Origin: a virus
Strand: one strand, 5' to 3'
DNA: 45,725 bases
IMG/VR virus record: IMGVR_UViG_3300037419_000575
The notes under the pieces were generated by a model. That model was not told the origin of the DNA. It saw only the letters and a program-made list of their open reading frames with translations, and made no database searches. Shown piece after piece: positions 16,712 to 24,308 of this stretch. Made by a program: the position numbers and the translations under genes. The number at the start of each line of letters is the position of its first letter. The stretch's first letter is position 1.

Positions 16712-17068
16712 TTACGCTCGAGCGCTTTGACGAAGGCCAGCGTCATGCTGTTTGGAAACTCGACGAGCTTCCGGTGTGTCGGCCTCGGCGCGGACTGCTT
16801 CGACCATGCGCCGGACTTTCGCCGACCGTGTTTCGACGAGGTGATATTCGCCATAGGGGTTCCCCTGGGTGTCGCGTTTGTGGATGGTGACGATCTCCTT
16901 CCCCGCAGGGACGAGATCGGAGCGGTCGGTGCGGAGCCGATGGATGACGTCCGCCAAGCGGAAGCGGCCATATTCGACGAGAGCGGAGCCCTCGCTGATG
17001 TGGCCGCGCTGCTTGAGATGGTCGGCAACAGTCTCCACGCGGGAGCGCTGCCGGCTGAGCACTGGCAA
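16712..17068 (-). CDS. winged-helix DNA-binding-like protein
   Basis: 118 aa. TTG start preceded by AAGGAG-N8. The pattern ..HLKQRGHISEGSALVEYGRFRLADVIHRLR.. is wHTH-like. Confidence 0.4.
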   Translation of the reverse strand: MPVLSRQRSRVETVADHLKQRGHISEGSALVEYGRFRLADVIHRLRTDRSDLVPAGKEIVTIHKRDTQGNPYGEYHLVETRSAKVRRMVEAVRAEADTPEARRVSKQHDAGLRQSARA

Positions 17069-17080
17069 GTGCGGTTCTCC

Positions 17081-17515
17081 TTAACTGAGGTAGATCAGGC
17101 GCTCGGCCTTGCGGCGCTTGAGCAGCCCGAGCAGTTCGATCCGACCTTGGTGATCCCACTTCGGAAACTGATCCGCGGCGGCCTGATAGCGACCGAGCTT
17201 GTGGAGCCGGAGCAACGTGCTCTTCTTCAGAGCGTCGATGCCGAGGTTGAAGACGAACGAGAACAGGGCGTCATACTGGCCCTGGGTCGTCGGGATGCCG
17301 TAGAGCTGCTTCGCGAGTTGCGCGTCGACCTTCGCGGCGTCGGAGTCATAGACCTCGTCTGCGTGCTGCGGGGTCCATGCCTCGCCGAGCTTCACGTCCG
17401 GCCCGGTATGGCCCCACCCGTTCGTCGGCTTGTCGTTGGGCGTCGGGAGGTAGCCGATCAGTCGGCGCTTCTCGAAGCCCTTGACGAAGGCGTCGGCGCG
17501 GGGGCTACGCTGCAA
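17081..17515 (-). CDS. GH24 lysozyme (muramidase endolysin)
   Basis: ..FVKGFEKRRLIGYLP....NGWGHTG... and ..YDALFSFVFNLG.. are T4/lambda-type lysozyme motifs. A TTG start at 17515 is proposed (144 aa). It sits at the T7 gp3.5 position. Confidence 0.7.
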   Translation of the reverse strand: MQRSPRADAFVKGFEKRRLIGYLPTPNDKPTNGWGHTGPDVKLGEAWTPQHADEVYDSDAAKVDAQLAKQLYGIPTTQGQYDALFSFVFNLGIDALKKSTLLRLHKLGRYQAAADQFPKWDHQGRIELLGLLKRRKAERLIYLS

Positions 17516-17915
17516 GGAACGTGACCTTGACCGCGTAGCCCGGCTCCTCGCCGGGGTAGGCCCACCGCTTCCAGGTTCGGTTGACGACGATCTGCTCGTC
17601 ATCGCGCCACCAGCGGCCGACCTTGGTCATGGCGTCCCAGACGCCTTTCTCGTAGTTGTCGTTGTCGCCGCCGGGCCGGACCCGCTTGGTGGTCTTGGGC
17701 TTGGCGACGATGACCTCGAGGTCGACCGAAACATCGAGCCCGCGGACCTCGTCCGAGAGGTCGGGCGCGAGCAACTCGAGCTGCGGGATCGCGGCGTCGA
17801 GCCAGGCTCGGTAGCCGGGATCGGTGTAGACCTGGGCGAACTTACCGCGGCACGTCGCGCGAGTCCGGGCCGCCGCCCGCGGAGGGACGGCGAGCCGGAA
17901 GCTGTGCTCGGTCAT
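17505..17915 (-). CDS. RusA-type Holliday junction resolvase
   Basis: 136 aa. ..PGGDNDNYEKGVWDAMTKVGRWWRDDEQIV.. matches the RusA D-x-D-N / DD motif. It sits at the T7 gp3 position. Confidence 0.75.
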   Translation of the reverse strand: MTEHSFRLAVPPRAAARTRATCRGKFAQVYTDPGYRAWLDAAIPQLELLAPDLSDEVRGLDVSVDLEVIVAKPKTTKRVRPGGDNDNYEKGVWDAMTKVGRWWRDDEQIVVNRTWKRWAYPGEEPGYAVKVTFLAA

Positions 17916-18604
17916 TAGAAGTCGCGGTCGGTCCCGCCCTGGTCGGTGCCGGCGAAGCCAGCGCCTTCATCCGCGAAGCCGCCGTTGTCGTCCTGGATGT
18001 CGTCGCCTTCCTCGGCGCCGAAGCCATAGTCGGCCGCGCTGCGCTGGCCGCCGGTGACGAGCTTGAGGATTTGCACGCCCTCGAGCTGGAAGCTGACGCC
18101 GACCTCGCCATCCTTGGCGACGAGGTAGGGGACGAGACGGATGCCGAGCTTGAGCACCGAACCGCTGCCGATCTTCGGCGGGTTCTTGAGGCGGACGCCC
18201 TGCGCGTTGAAGAAGTCTGGCACCTTCTCGAAGCTCTGGCCGGCCTTGGGGCCGTTCTTGATCTCGATGCGGTGCTTCATGCCGGCGCGGAGCGTCATGT
18301 TGCCGGTCGGCTCGCCGCTCTCGCGGTCGACCTCCTCCTTGATGACGTCGACGACGTGGAGCTTGTTGGCGAGCGCGCCCTTCTTCTGGGCGACCAGCTC
18401 GGCCTTCTGCTCGGCGAAGTAATCGTCGCGGACCTTGGTCGCAGCGGCGATCATCGCGTCATAGGCGGGGTCCGAGGTGTCGGGACGACCGCGGACGTGA
18501 AACTCGCCTTCCGGCTTGTATTTGAAGTCCGGCTCGTTGAGTTGCGCCCAGGCAACTTCGACCTTGGGCGAGATGATCTGCGGGTAGTCAGAACGCTTCT
18601 TCAT
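17915..18604 (-). CDS. ssDNA-binding protein (T7 gp2.5-like)
   Basis: 229 aa. ..IGSGSVLKLGIRLVPY...VGVSFQLEGVQILKLV.. parallels gp2.5. Acidic C-terminal tail ends in DF. Confidence 0.85.
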   Translation of the reverse strand: MKKRSDYPQIISPKVEVAWAQLNEPDFKYKPEGEFHVRGRPDTSDPAYDAMIAAATKVRDDYFAEQKAELVAQKKGALANKLHVVDVIKEEVDRESGEPTGNMTLRAGMKHRIEIKNGPKAGQSFEKVPDFFNAQGVRLKNPPKIGSGSVLKLGIRLVPYLVAKDGEVGVSFQLEGVQILKLVTGGQRSAADYGFGAEEGDDIQDDNGGFADEGAGFAGTDQGGTDRDF

Positions 18605-18611
18605 GGGTTCC

Positions 18612-18773
18612 TTAATTGTTGTGGATGCGAGCGAGGTCGCGGTTGAGCGAGCGGAGGTCGTAGCCTTCCGCGAGGAGGTCGGTCTGGGTCACGAGATCGA
18701 CCTCTCGGGCGGAGGTGGCGCTCTCAGCGGCCTCTTCGAGAAGGGCCTCTATGCGTGCCTGTTGGGCGTTCAT
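18612..18773 (-). CDS. hypothetical 53-aa protein
   Basis: MNAQQARIEALLEEAAES.... ATGA overlap upstream. Below the track cutoff. It contains a near-copy of the promoter motif (18749-18765). Confidence 0.35.
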   Translation of the reverse strand: MNAQQARIEALLEEAAESATSAREVDLVTQTDLLAEGYDLRSLNRDLARIHNN

Positions 18774-18931
18774 GGACGAGCTTTCGGCACAACGTTGTAG
18801 AAAGGGACGGCAATCAGCGCCTTGTCGGGCTGCTGGTCGAGTTGAACGAGAGCATCATCGCCGGCGAAGCCGAAGAGACGCGCTTCGTAGACCTCGCCGC
18901 GGATGGTGACGAAGACGGGGTAAGGGTTCAC
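18770..18931 (-). CDS. hypothetical 53-aa protein
   Basis: GGAGGAG-N5-GTG start overlapping the upstream stop (GTGA). MNPYPVFVTIRGEVYEARLFGF.... Confidence 0.4.
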   Translation of the reverse strand: MNPYPVFVTIRGEVYEARLFGFAGDDALVQLDQQPDKALIAVPFYNVVPKARP

Positions 18932-19227
18932 CTCAACTCCTCCTTCGCGTATTCACGCAGAGCCGCGATGTGGACCGTGAATGGCCCATCGGCTTCCGGG
19001 ATGATCCGCTTGGCGCGCTCTACCATCTCATGCGGGTCCTTGCCGATGACGACCGCCATCGAGACCGCCGTGATGAACAAGGCGTCGAGTTGGACCGCCG
19101 GCGGATAGAACTGGAGCGCGTCGGTGATCGTGTAGGACGGCTCGCGGAACTTTGCGGCCGAGACAGCGGCGGCGACGGTCAGACGGATCGCGTGGAGCGG
19201 GGTGCGCCAGCCGGGGTGCTCACGCAT
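18928..19227 (-). CDS. hypothetical protein
   Basis: 99 aa, ATG start, GC3-rich. Confidence 0.5.
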   Translation of the reverse strand: MREHPGWRTPLHAIRLTVAAAVSAAKFREPSYTITDALQFYPPAVQLDALFITAVSMAVVIGKDPHEMVERAKRIIPEADGPFTVHIAALREYAKEELR

Positions 19228-19618
19228 CGGGAACCAGCTCGACCGAGATCAGCTTGCCCTCTTCGCGAGTGACCTTGAGGGTAACAACTTCATACTCCTC
19301 GGCACGTCCGCCGAACGCGTCCGCTGCCGCTGCATAGAGGTCACTGACTTTCGGGCTTTCGATACCGATGGATGAGGTAAAGCCCTGCGGATAGAAGTTG
19401 TAAAATTCGACCGTGCGCTCCGGCACCATCAGAAGGTCCAGATCGTCCGGCCCCTTACCACGGGCACGGCGGAAATAGGTCGTAGAGGATGAGCCGAACG
19501 GCTGCTGATAGGTGTAGGCCTTGTCGCCCACTAGCGCCACAACGGGCCGGCCGTCATCGTTCTCCAAGCTGGTAGCGACGATTGTCGCATCGCGACCGTC
19601 GCGGGTTCTCAGTTTCAT
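19220..19618 (-). CDS. hypothetical protein, first gene after the RNA polymerase
   Basis: The internal ATG at 19618 gives 132 aa. The track extension upstream runs through the intergenic promoter motif. Confidence 0.5.
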   Translation of the reverse strand: MKLRTRDGRDATIVATSLENDDGRPVVALVGDKAYTYQQPFGSSSTTYFRRARGKGPDDLDLLMVPERTVEFYNFYPQGFTSSIGIESPKVSDLYAAAADAFGGRAEEYEVVTLKVTREEGKLISVELVPDA

Positions 19619-19681
19619 TCTGCACTGGCTTTCTTTTGGAGGACGAATGTTCCGTCCCCTTTGAGTGTGGGAGATAAGCAC

Positions 19682-19698
19682 ATAAGCGTGCCTATCGG
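19682..19698 (-). promoter_or_regulatory. candidate phage-RNAP promoter (copy a)
   Basis: The minus strand reads CCGATAGGCACGCTTAT, then GTGC. It lies immediately after the RNAP stop (19699-19701), 64 nt before the next ATG. Confidence 0.55.
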
Positions 19699-22134
19699 TT
19701 AGGCGAACAGATAGGTGGAGTAGCGCACCTCCTCGAGGTCTAGCGACCCTACCGCCGGCGGCTTCGGGACTTGGTCCTTCCACGCATCCGGCACCGCGTC
19801 CACGATCTCGTCGCGGAACCGCTCTAGCAGGCTCGGGCGATACTGAGCGACGAACGTGTCACGAAGTAGCGTCGCCAGCTCGTCAGCCCGCGCCGCGTGG
19901 GTCGCAAAGCTGTCGTGGACGACGCCGAGGTGGTCGATGCCGGCCGCCCTCGCCGCCCGCGCGAGCGCCCGCAAATGCGCGGCGTCGAGCGAGTGGATGT
20001 AGTTCGGGGCGATGCCGTTGGCCTGAGCGCGACCGTCGCGAGACGGACTGCTGGTGCGGTCCTTGAGCGTCAGCGCGAGCTTGCTCCCGCGCCAATGCAC
20101 CTCGATCCGCTGGCCGACCGGCTGCCGGTAGTCCTGGTAGACCACGAACCCGTCGGGCGTCGTCCATTGGAGTGGGACGCCGGCATCGCTCGCGATCCGC
20201 GCGACCGAGCGGAGCCACTCCATCGCGTTCGTCGCCGCGGAGACGACCTCGGCGATGGCCGCGAACATGATGTGCGACAGATAGTTCGCCGCGTCATAGT
20301 TGTCGGCCCCGCCGAGGTAGGGCTCGCCCTCCTCGTCGAGTTCCTTCAACGTCTGGAGGATCATGTCCTGCGTGCCGTAGCGCGTGGCCGAGTAGACGTA
20401 GGTCATGGTCGGCCGCTTGGCGATCTTCCTAGACACTTTGCCCCGCCACGGAGCGGCCCTTGGGTCGCCGTCGGCGTCGACTCGATCTTGAGCGATGCGG
20501 GCGACTTCGGCGTAGACGTCGTTGGGCTCTTGGGACGGAACCAGGTTGACCGCTCGGGCGCCGGCGGGATCGCGCAGCAGCGCGGAAAAATGCTGGAGCC
20601 CGGAGTTCGACCCGTCGAGCGGGATCGGCAAGTGCGAGACATAAGTATCTCCATGCTCGAGCCACCCGGCGAACTCGAAGGCAGCCGCGAGGGCCATCCA
20701 CGGGGAGTCCGCTTGGGTCCAGAACCGTTCCCCGTCGAGGGGATCGAGGGCGCTGTCGATAAGCTCCCGAGCGTGGTCATGGGTCCACTCGACGCGCTCC
20801 ATGAAGGAGACCTTGTCGACCCCGAACAGGTTGGCGATGTGGACCGCCAGCCAGTAGCCGCCGGACTTTCCAAGCGGGAGCCCGTGGGCGAACTCGAGGA
20901 GCGCCTTGGCGCCGTCGTCCCCCTGCGGGTGAACGCCGTTCGACGGGATCGGGTAAACCCGGCCGCGGAAGTCGACCGAGTGCGGGAACCAGATGGCCGC
21001 CTCGTCGGCGAACTTCTGGGCCACCCAGAGGCGCTGCTGCGTGTCGACGCGGGCGGAGAACAGCCGCGCGTTGCGGTCGTAGACCTCGGCGGCCTTGGCC
21101 CGCCACGCCTTGCGTGCGTCCTCGTTGGTGTCGATGTCGGCCGGCTTGGGCGGCATCGGCAGATCGTCACGCGGAGGGAGCCCCCCGAGATTGCCACCGC
21201 CGTCCCAGACCGCGCGCATCACCTCGAAGACCCGGCGGTTGATCCGCCAGGGCGTCTCCTGGATGTGGTTGACGGCCTCGTAGACGAGCGACAAGTCCGC
21301 CGACGCGAGCGCCTCGGAGATGCCGCGGCTCGACCAGCTCTCGCGAACGAGTCCCTTGCCTCCGGGCTGGCGGAGGTAGCCGCCGGTCCACAGACTGCGC
21401 CAGCGGCGCGGCCGGACGACCATCGGCATGAAGACCGGGTCGAGCAGCGCCGAGCGGGCGTGCTGCTCGGTTATCCACTTCTGGACGGCCTCCGTCGGAG
21501 TTAGCGTGTAGGTCCCCGCCCGGCCCCGCTGGTCGAGCGTGAAGAAGCCGGTGGCGTCGATGAACAATTCGATGGCCGCGGCGCCGAGGTGGAGCTTCTC
21601 CGACCTCGAGATGGCAGTCCGCGCCTCCTCATCGGCGAGCATCTTGCGGACGAGCGTCATGCGGCGCGCGTTACCACGCTGGAACCGGGTCTTGCGGATG
21701 AAGCCGTAGTAGCCGTTCGGGTTTTTGCCGCTGAACGTCACCATGTCGACGTGCTCGATCACCGCATTGGCAACCGCAATGGCCGCCGATTGGAACGTGG
21801 CGCGGCCGGCGCTGTAGTTGATGGTGGTCCGGATGGTCAGGTAGGCGACCTCTTCCGGGCTCGCCAGCTCCAACCATTTGACCGCCGAGTGGCGCCGGCC
21901 GGCCGACCCATCGTTCGCCTTCTCGACGAACTCACGGATCGCTGCTGCCGTCGGCTCGATTGCCAAGCGGAGGAGCTGCTGACCAGGCGGGAGGTTGGCC
22001 TCCTCGTCGACCGCCGAGCCGGCCGCCGTGCGCCACGGCATGGGTCTGGAGCGTTCGTAGCGGGCGGCGCCAAGCGACCGAGCCTCGGCCTCGAGGTCCA
22101 GCTCGCGCCGGACGTCTTCGCGGGATAGGTCCAT
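19699..22134 (-). CDS. single-subunit DNA-directed RNA polymerase (T7 gp1-like)
   Basis: About 811 aa with a T7-RNAP-like C-terminus (..HDSFATH.., ends ..YLFA). The ATG at 22134 overlaps the upstream TGA; the track start at 22140 is TTG. Confidence 0.95.
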   Translation of the reverse strand: MDLSREDVRRELDLEAEARSLGAARYERSRPMPWRTAAGSAVDEEANLPPGQQLLRLAIEPTAAAIREFVEKANDGSAGRRHSAVKWLELASPEEVAYLTIRTTINYSAGRATFQSAAIAVANAVIEHVDMVTFSGKNPNGYYGFIRKTRFQRGNARRMTLVRKMLADEEARTAISRSEKLHLGAAAIELFIDATGFFTLDQRGRAGTYTLTPTEAVQKWITEQHARSALLDPVFMPMVVRPRRWRSLWTGGYLRQPGGKGLVRESWSSRGISEALASADLSLVYEAVNHIQETPWRINRRVFEVMRAVWDGGGNLGGLPPRDDLPMPPKPADIDTNEDARKAWRAKAAEVYDRNARLFSARVDTQQRLWVAQKFADEAAIWFPHSVDFRGRVYPIPSNGVHPQGDDGAKALLEFAHGLPLGKSGGYWLAVHIANLFGVDKVSFMERVEWTHDHARELIDSALDPLDGERFWTQADSPWMALAAAFEFAGWLEHGDTYVSHLPIPLDGSNSGLQHFSALLRDPAGARAVNLVPSQEPNDVYAEVARIAQDRVDADGDPRAAPWRGKVSRKIAKRPTMTYVYSATRYGTQDMILQTLKELDEEGEPYLGGADNYDAANYLSHIMFAAIAEVVSAATNAMEWLRSVARIASDAGVPLQWTTPDGFVVYQDYRQPVGQRIEVHWRGSKLALTLKDRTSSPSRDGRAQANGIAPNYIHSLDAAHLRALARAARAAGIDHLGVVHDSFATHAARADELATLLRDTFVAQYRPSLLERFRDEIVDAVPDAWKDQVPKPPAVGSLDLEEVRYSTYLFA

Positions 22135-22373
22135 CAGCAACCCGCACGGAGGTCGTTCAGTCGGGCTTTTTTCTTCTCGATGACGGTGCGAACCAGGTCC
22201 GTAACTTCGATTGGGGCCAGCTCCGCTACAGGGTAATAGCCGCCGACAGAGTATCTGTCTTGGTGCTGAGCGGCGACCGCATATCGCGTCTTCTTATCAA
22301 AGATTATCGACTCCAGTCGGTCAATTTCGCCGATCAGTCTGGATGCTTCCTTGATCTCTGCGTCGGTCATCAT
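22134..22373 (-). CDS. hypothetical protein coupled to the RNAP gene
   Basis: 79 aa starting MMTDAEIKEASRL..., with AAGGA-N3 before the ATG and a 1-nt stop/start overlap with the RNAP. Confidence 0.5.
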   Translation of the reverse strand: MMTDAEIKEASRLIGEIDRLESIIFDKKTRYAVAAQHQDRYSVGGYYPVAELAPIEVTDLVRTVIEKKKARLNDLRAGC

Positions 22374-22391
22374 GTTCCTTTCAAATAGCCC

Positions 22392-22408
22392 AGAAGCGTG
22401 CCTATTGG
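22392..22408 (-). promoter_or_regulatory. candidate phage-RNAP promoter (copy b), directly upstream of the RNAP operon
   Basis: The minus strand reads CCAATAGGCACGCTTCT, then GGGC. It lies 18 nt upstream of ATG 22373. Confidence 0.55.
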
Positions 22409-22704
22409 AGAACCGGATAGAATTGGAGGCGGCCACGAAGCCGCTGTTGCATCCGCTCAATATCTTCCGAGACGATCCATTCTATGTAATCCGACTCCGC
22501 GATGGCGTCCGTCAGGTCCCGCGTGATATGCTCGACAGCGTAGCGGCGGACTTTGTCAGCCTCCGCTCTGCTGAGCATGAGCGCGTGGGTGTCAAAAGCA
22601 GCTTCCGCTTGGAGCACCAGCGGCGCTCTGAACGTGACGTAGTAACCCCACCGAGCAAGCAACCGAACCATCAAACGGATGATGGCGGTTTTCAGGTGTG
22701 CCAA
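22402..22704 (-). CDS. hypothetical protein
   Basis: 100 aa. TTG start preceded by AGGAGA-N5. Confidence 0.5.
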   Translation of the reverse strand: MAHLKTAIIRLMVRLLARWGYYVTFRAPLVLQAEAAFDTHALMLSRAEADKVRRYAVEHITRDLTDAIAESDYIEWIVSEDIERMQQRLRGRLQFYPVLQ

Positions 22705-22750
22705 GGCGATCTCCTAATGGTGTGCCAAAGTGTGCCGAGGGTGTGCCCGG
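22696..22750. promoter_or_regulatory. four direct GTGTGCC (minus strand GGCACAC) iterons
   Basis: gtgtgccaagg 22696-22706, gtgtgccaaag 22720-22730, gtgtgccgagg 22730-22740 and gtgtgcccgg 22741-22750. The last three are spaced 10-11 bp apart. Confidence 0.6.
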
Positions 22751-22804
22751 CACGGGGCGCGACTGGCACCCCACACTTCAGCGGTGATTTTCGTGAGGAA
22801 ACTG

Positions 22805-22839
22805 CGAAAAGCATGGTATCGGGCGCGCCATCCTTTTCG
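22805..22839. other. hairpin downstream of int (possible terminator)
   Basis: CGAAAAG (22805-22811) pairs with CTTTTCG (22833-22839), with an inner ATGG/CCAT pairing. Confidence 0.35.
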
Positions 22840-22853
22840 CGGTTTTCCGCGGT

Positions 22854-24083
22854 TTAGTTGAGGCTGACTGTGCCAGAGCTGGCACGGTTAGCACCAGATA
22901 ATGGGTTAGTCACGATAATGGGCTTAGCACGATCCTCGCCCGGAATAGTTCCGTAGGAAGGATTTGTGCCAAGGATGGCGAGGCCGCCGACGAGATCGGA
23001 CGGCATGAGGTGGACGTAGCGCTCGGCGGTGATCTTGGGATCGCTGTGGCCGAGCCACTCCTGGAGCTTGCCCAACTCCATGCCGCCCTGCGCGAGCCGC
23101 GTGGCGGTCGTGTGGCGGATGGTGTGGAGCGTGACGTCGCTCAAGTCCATGCCGGTCTCGCGCTTCACGTCCTCCCTGATCTGGTCGAACAGATACCAGG
23201 CACGCGCGGGGAGCAGGCCGAAGTAGCGCCACTCCTTCGTCGAGCGGTCGAGGACCAGGTGGTCGGCGAGCGAGTCGAGCGCCGCGGCGGCCGACGGGAG
23301 CAGCGGGACCGAGCGTGGCTTGCCGCTCTTGGTGCGGTAGCGCGGGAAGGTCAGGTAGCCCTGCCCGCCGATCTGGCTGCGGTTCTGCGGGCCGGTGTCG
23401 AGTGTCTCGCCGAGGCGGGCCGCCGTGTCGAACAGCACGCGGAGCAGCGCGGCGAAGCGGAACCACGGCCGCTCGGGCTCGAGCTGGCGGCGCTTCTCGA
23501 CGGCGGCGAAGATCGCCTCCTCCTCGACGCGGCTGATGATCCGGTCCTTGAGGTTGTCGATCCGGAACTTGGGCATCGGCGGCTTGTAGGACAGTAGCGG
23601 GCGGCCGGCGGCGTCGGTCCACATGGTCGCCATCCGGAGCGCCTTCGAGATCATATCGAGCTTGCGCTTGATCGTGCCGGGCGCATAGCCCTCCTTCTTG
23701 AAGTGCTGGACGAGGTCCTGGAGGCGCTGAAAGGTCACGTCCTCGAGCGCCTCGTGGCCGAGCAAAGGCCGTAAGATTTTGAGGTTGGAGCGGATCGTCG
23801 CGTGCGAACGGATGTTGTCCGGATGCCAGACGGTCGCTTCGCAGCGGTCGAACAACTCCGCCATCGTCATGCGCCCGCCACGCTTCTGGGCCTTTTCGCC
23901 CGACGAAAGGGGCGCTCCCTTGGGCGCGCGGATGCCGAGGATGATCTCGCGACCGGCGTCGCGAACCTCTTGGGGCTCCTTCTTCATCGGCGCGGTCTTG
24001 ATCCCGGTCGAGATGCGCTTGCGGACGCCGTTGTCGTCATAGTCGACGACCCACATCCCGTTGGACTTCTGGCGGTATCTCAT
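22854..24083 (-). CDS. int: tyrosine recombinase / phage integrase
   Basis: 409 aa. ..LHTIRHTTATRLAQGG.. and ..WLGHSDPKITAERYVHL.. are the R-H-R-Y catalytic motifs. About the last 40 codons are GC3-poor. Confidence 0.9.
   Translation of the reverse strand: MRYRQKSNGMWVVDYDDNGVRKRISTGIKTAPMKKEPQEVRDAGREIILGIRAPKGAPLSSGEKAQKRGGRMTMAELFDRCEATVWHPDNIRSHATIRSNLKILRPLLGHEALEDVTFQRLQDLVQHFKKEGYAPGTIKRKLDMISKALRMATMWTDAAGRPLLSYKPPMPKFRIDNLKDRIISRVEEEAIFAAVEKRRQLEPERPWFRFAALLRVLFDTAARLGETLDTGPQNRSQIGGQGYLTFPRYRTKSGKPRSVPLLPSAAAALDSLADHLVLDRSTKEWRYFGLLPARAWYLFDQIREDVKRETGMDLSDVTLHTIRHTTATRLAQGGMELGKLQEWLGHSDPKITAERYVHLMPSDLVGGLAILGTNPSYGTIPGEDRAKPIIVTNPLSGANRASSGTVSLN
22870..22933. repeat. perfect palindrome GTGCCAGAGCTGGCAC followed by about 2.7 tandem 17-18-bp units
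   Basis: Palindrome at 22870-22885. Units are ggttagcaccagataatg 22886-22903, ggttagtcacgataatg 22904-22920 and ggcttagcacgat 22921-22933. Confidence 0.85.
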
Positions 24084-24238
24084 GGCTGCATCTCCGCGTT
24101 CTCGATCTCTCTCCGGAGATCGCGTAGTGCGTTCGTAAGGTCTTCTAGCAGCCTGGCGTCCGCACGATCTTGGTGCCGCCGGCGGAGTTGTTCCGCCCGC
24201 AAGTCAGCGCGTTCGAGTAATTCAGCATAGCGGCGCAT
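24080..24238 (-). CDS. small coiled-coil protein translationally coupled to int
   Basis: GGAGGA-N6-ATG at 24238. 52 aa, MRRYAELLERADLRAEQLRRRHQ.... Its stop overlaps the int ATG (ATGA). Confidence 0.45.
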   Translation of the reverse strand: MRRYAELLERADLRAEQLRRRHQDRADARLLEDLTNALRDLRREIENAEMQP

Positions 24239-24308
24239 AGAGTTCCTCCGGGAAAGAGTCCCGCCCCCGAAGCGGAGGAGTTGGAGCCGTGGCTCCGGGG
24301 GCGGTAGC

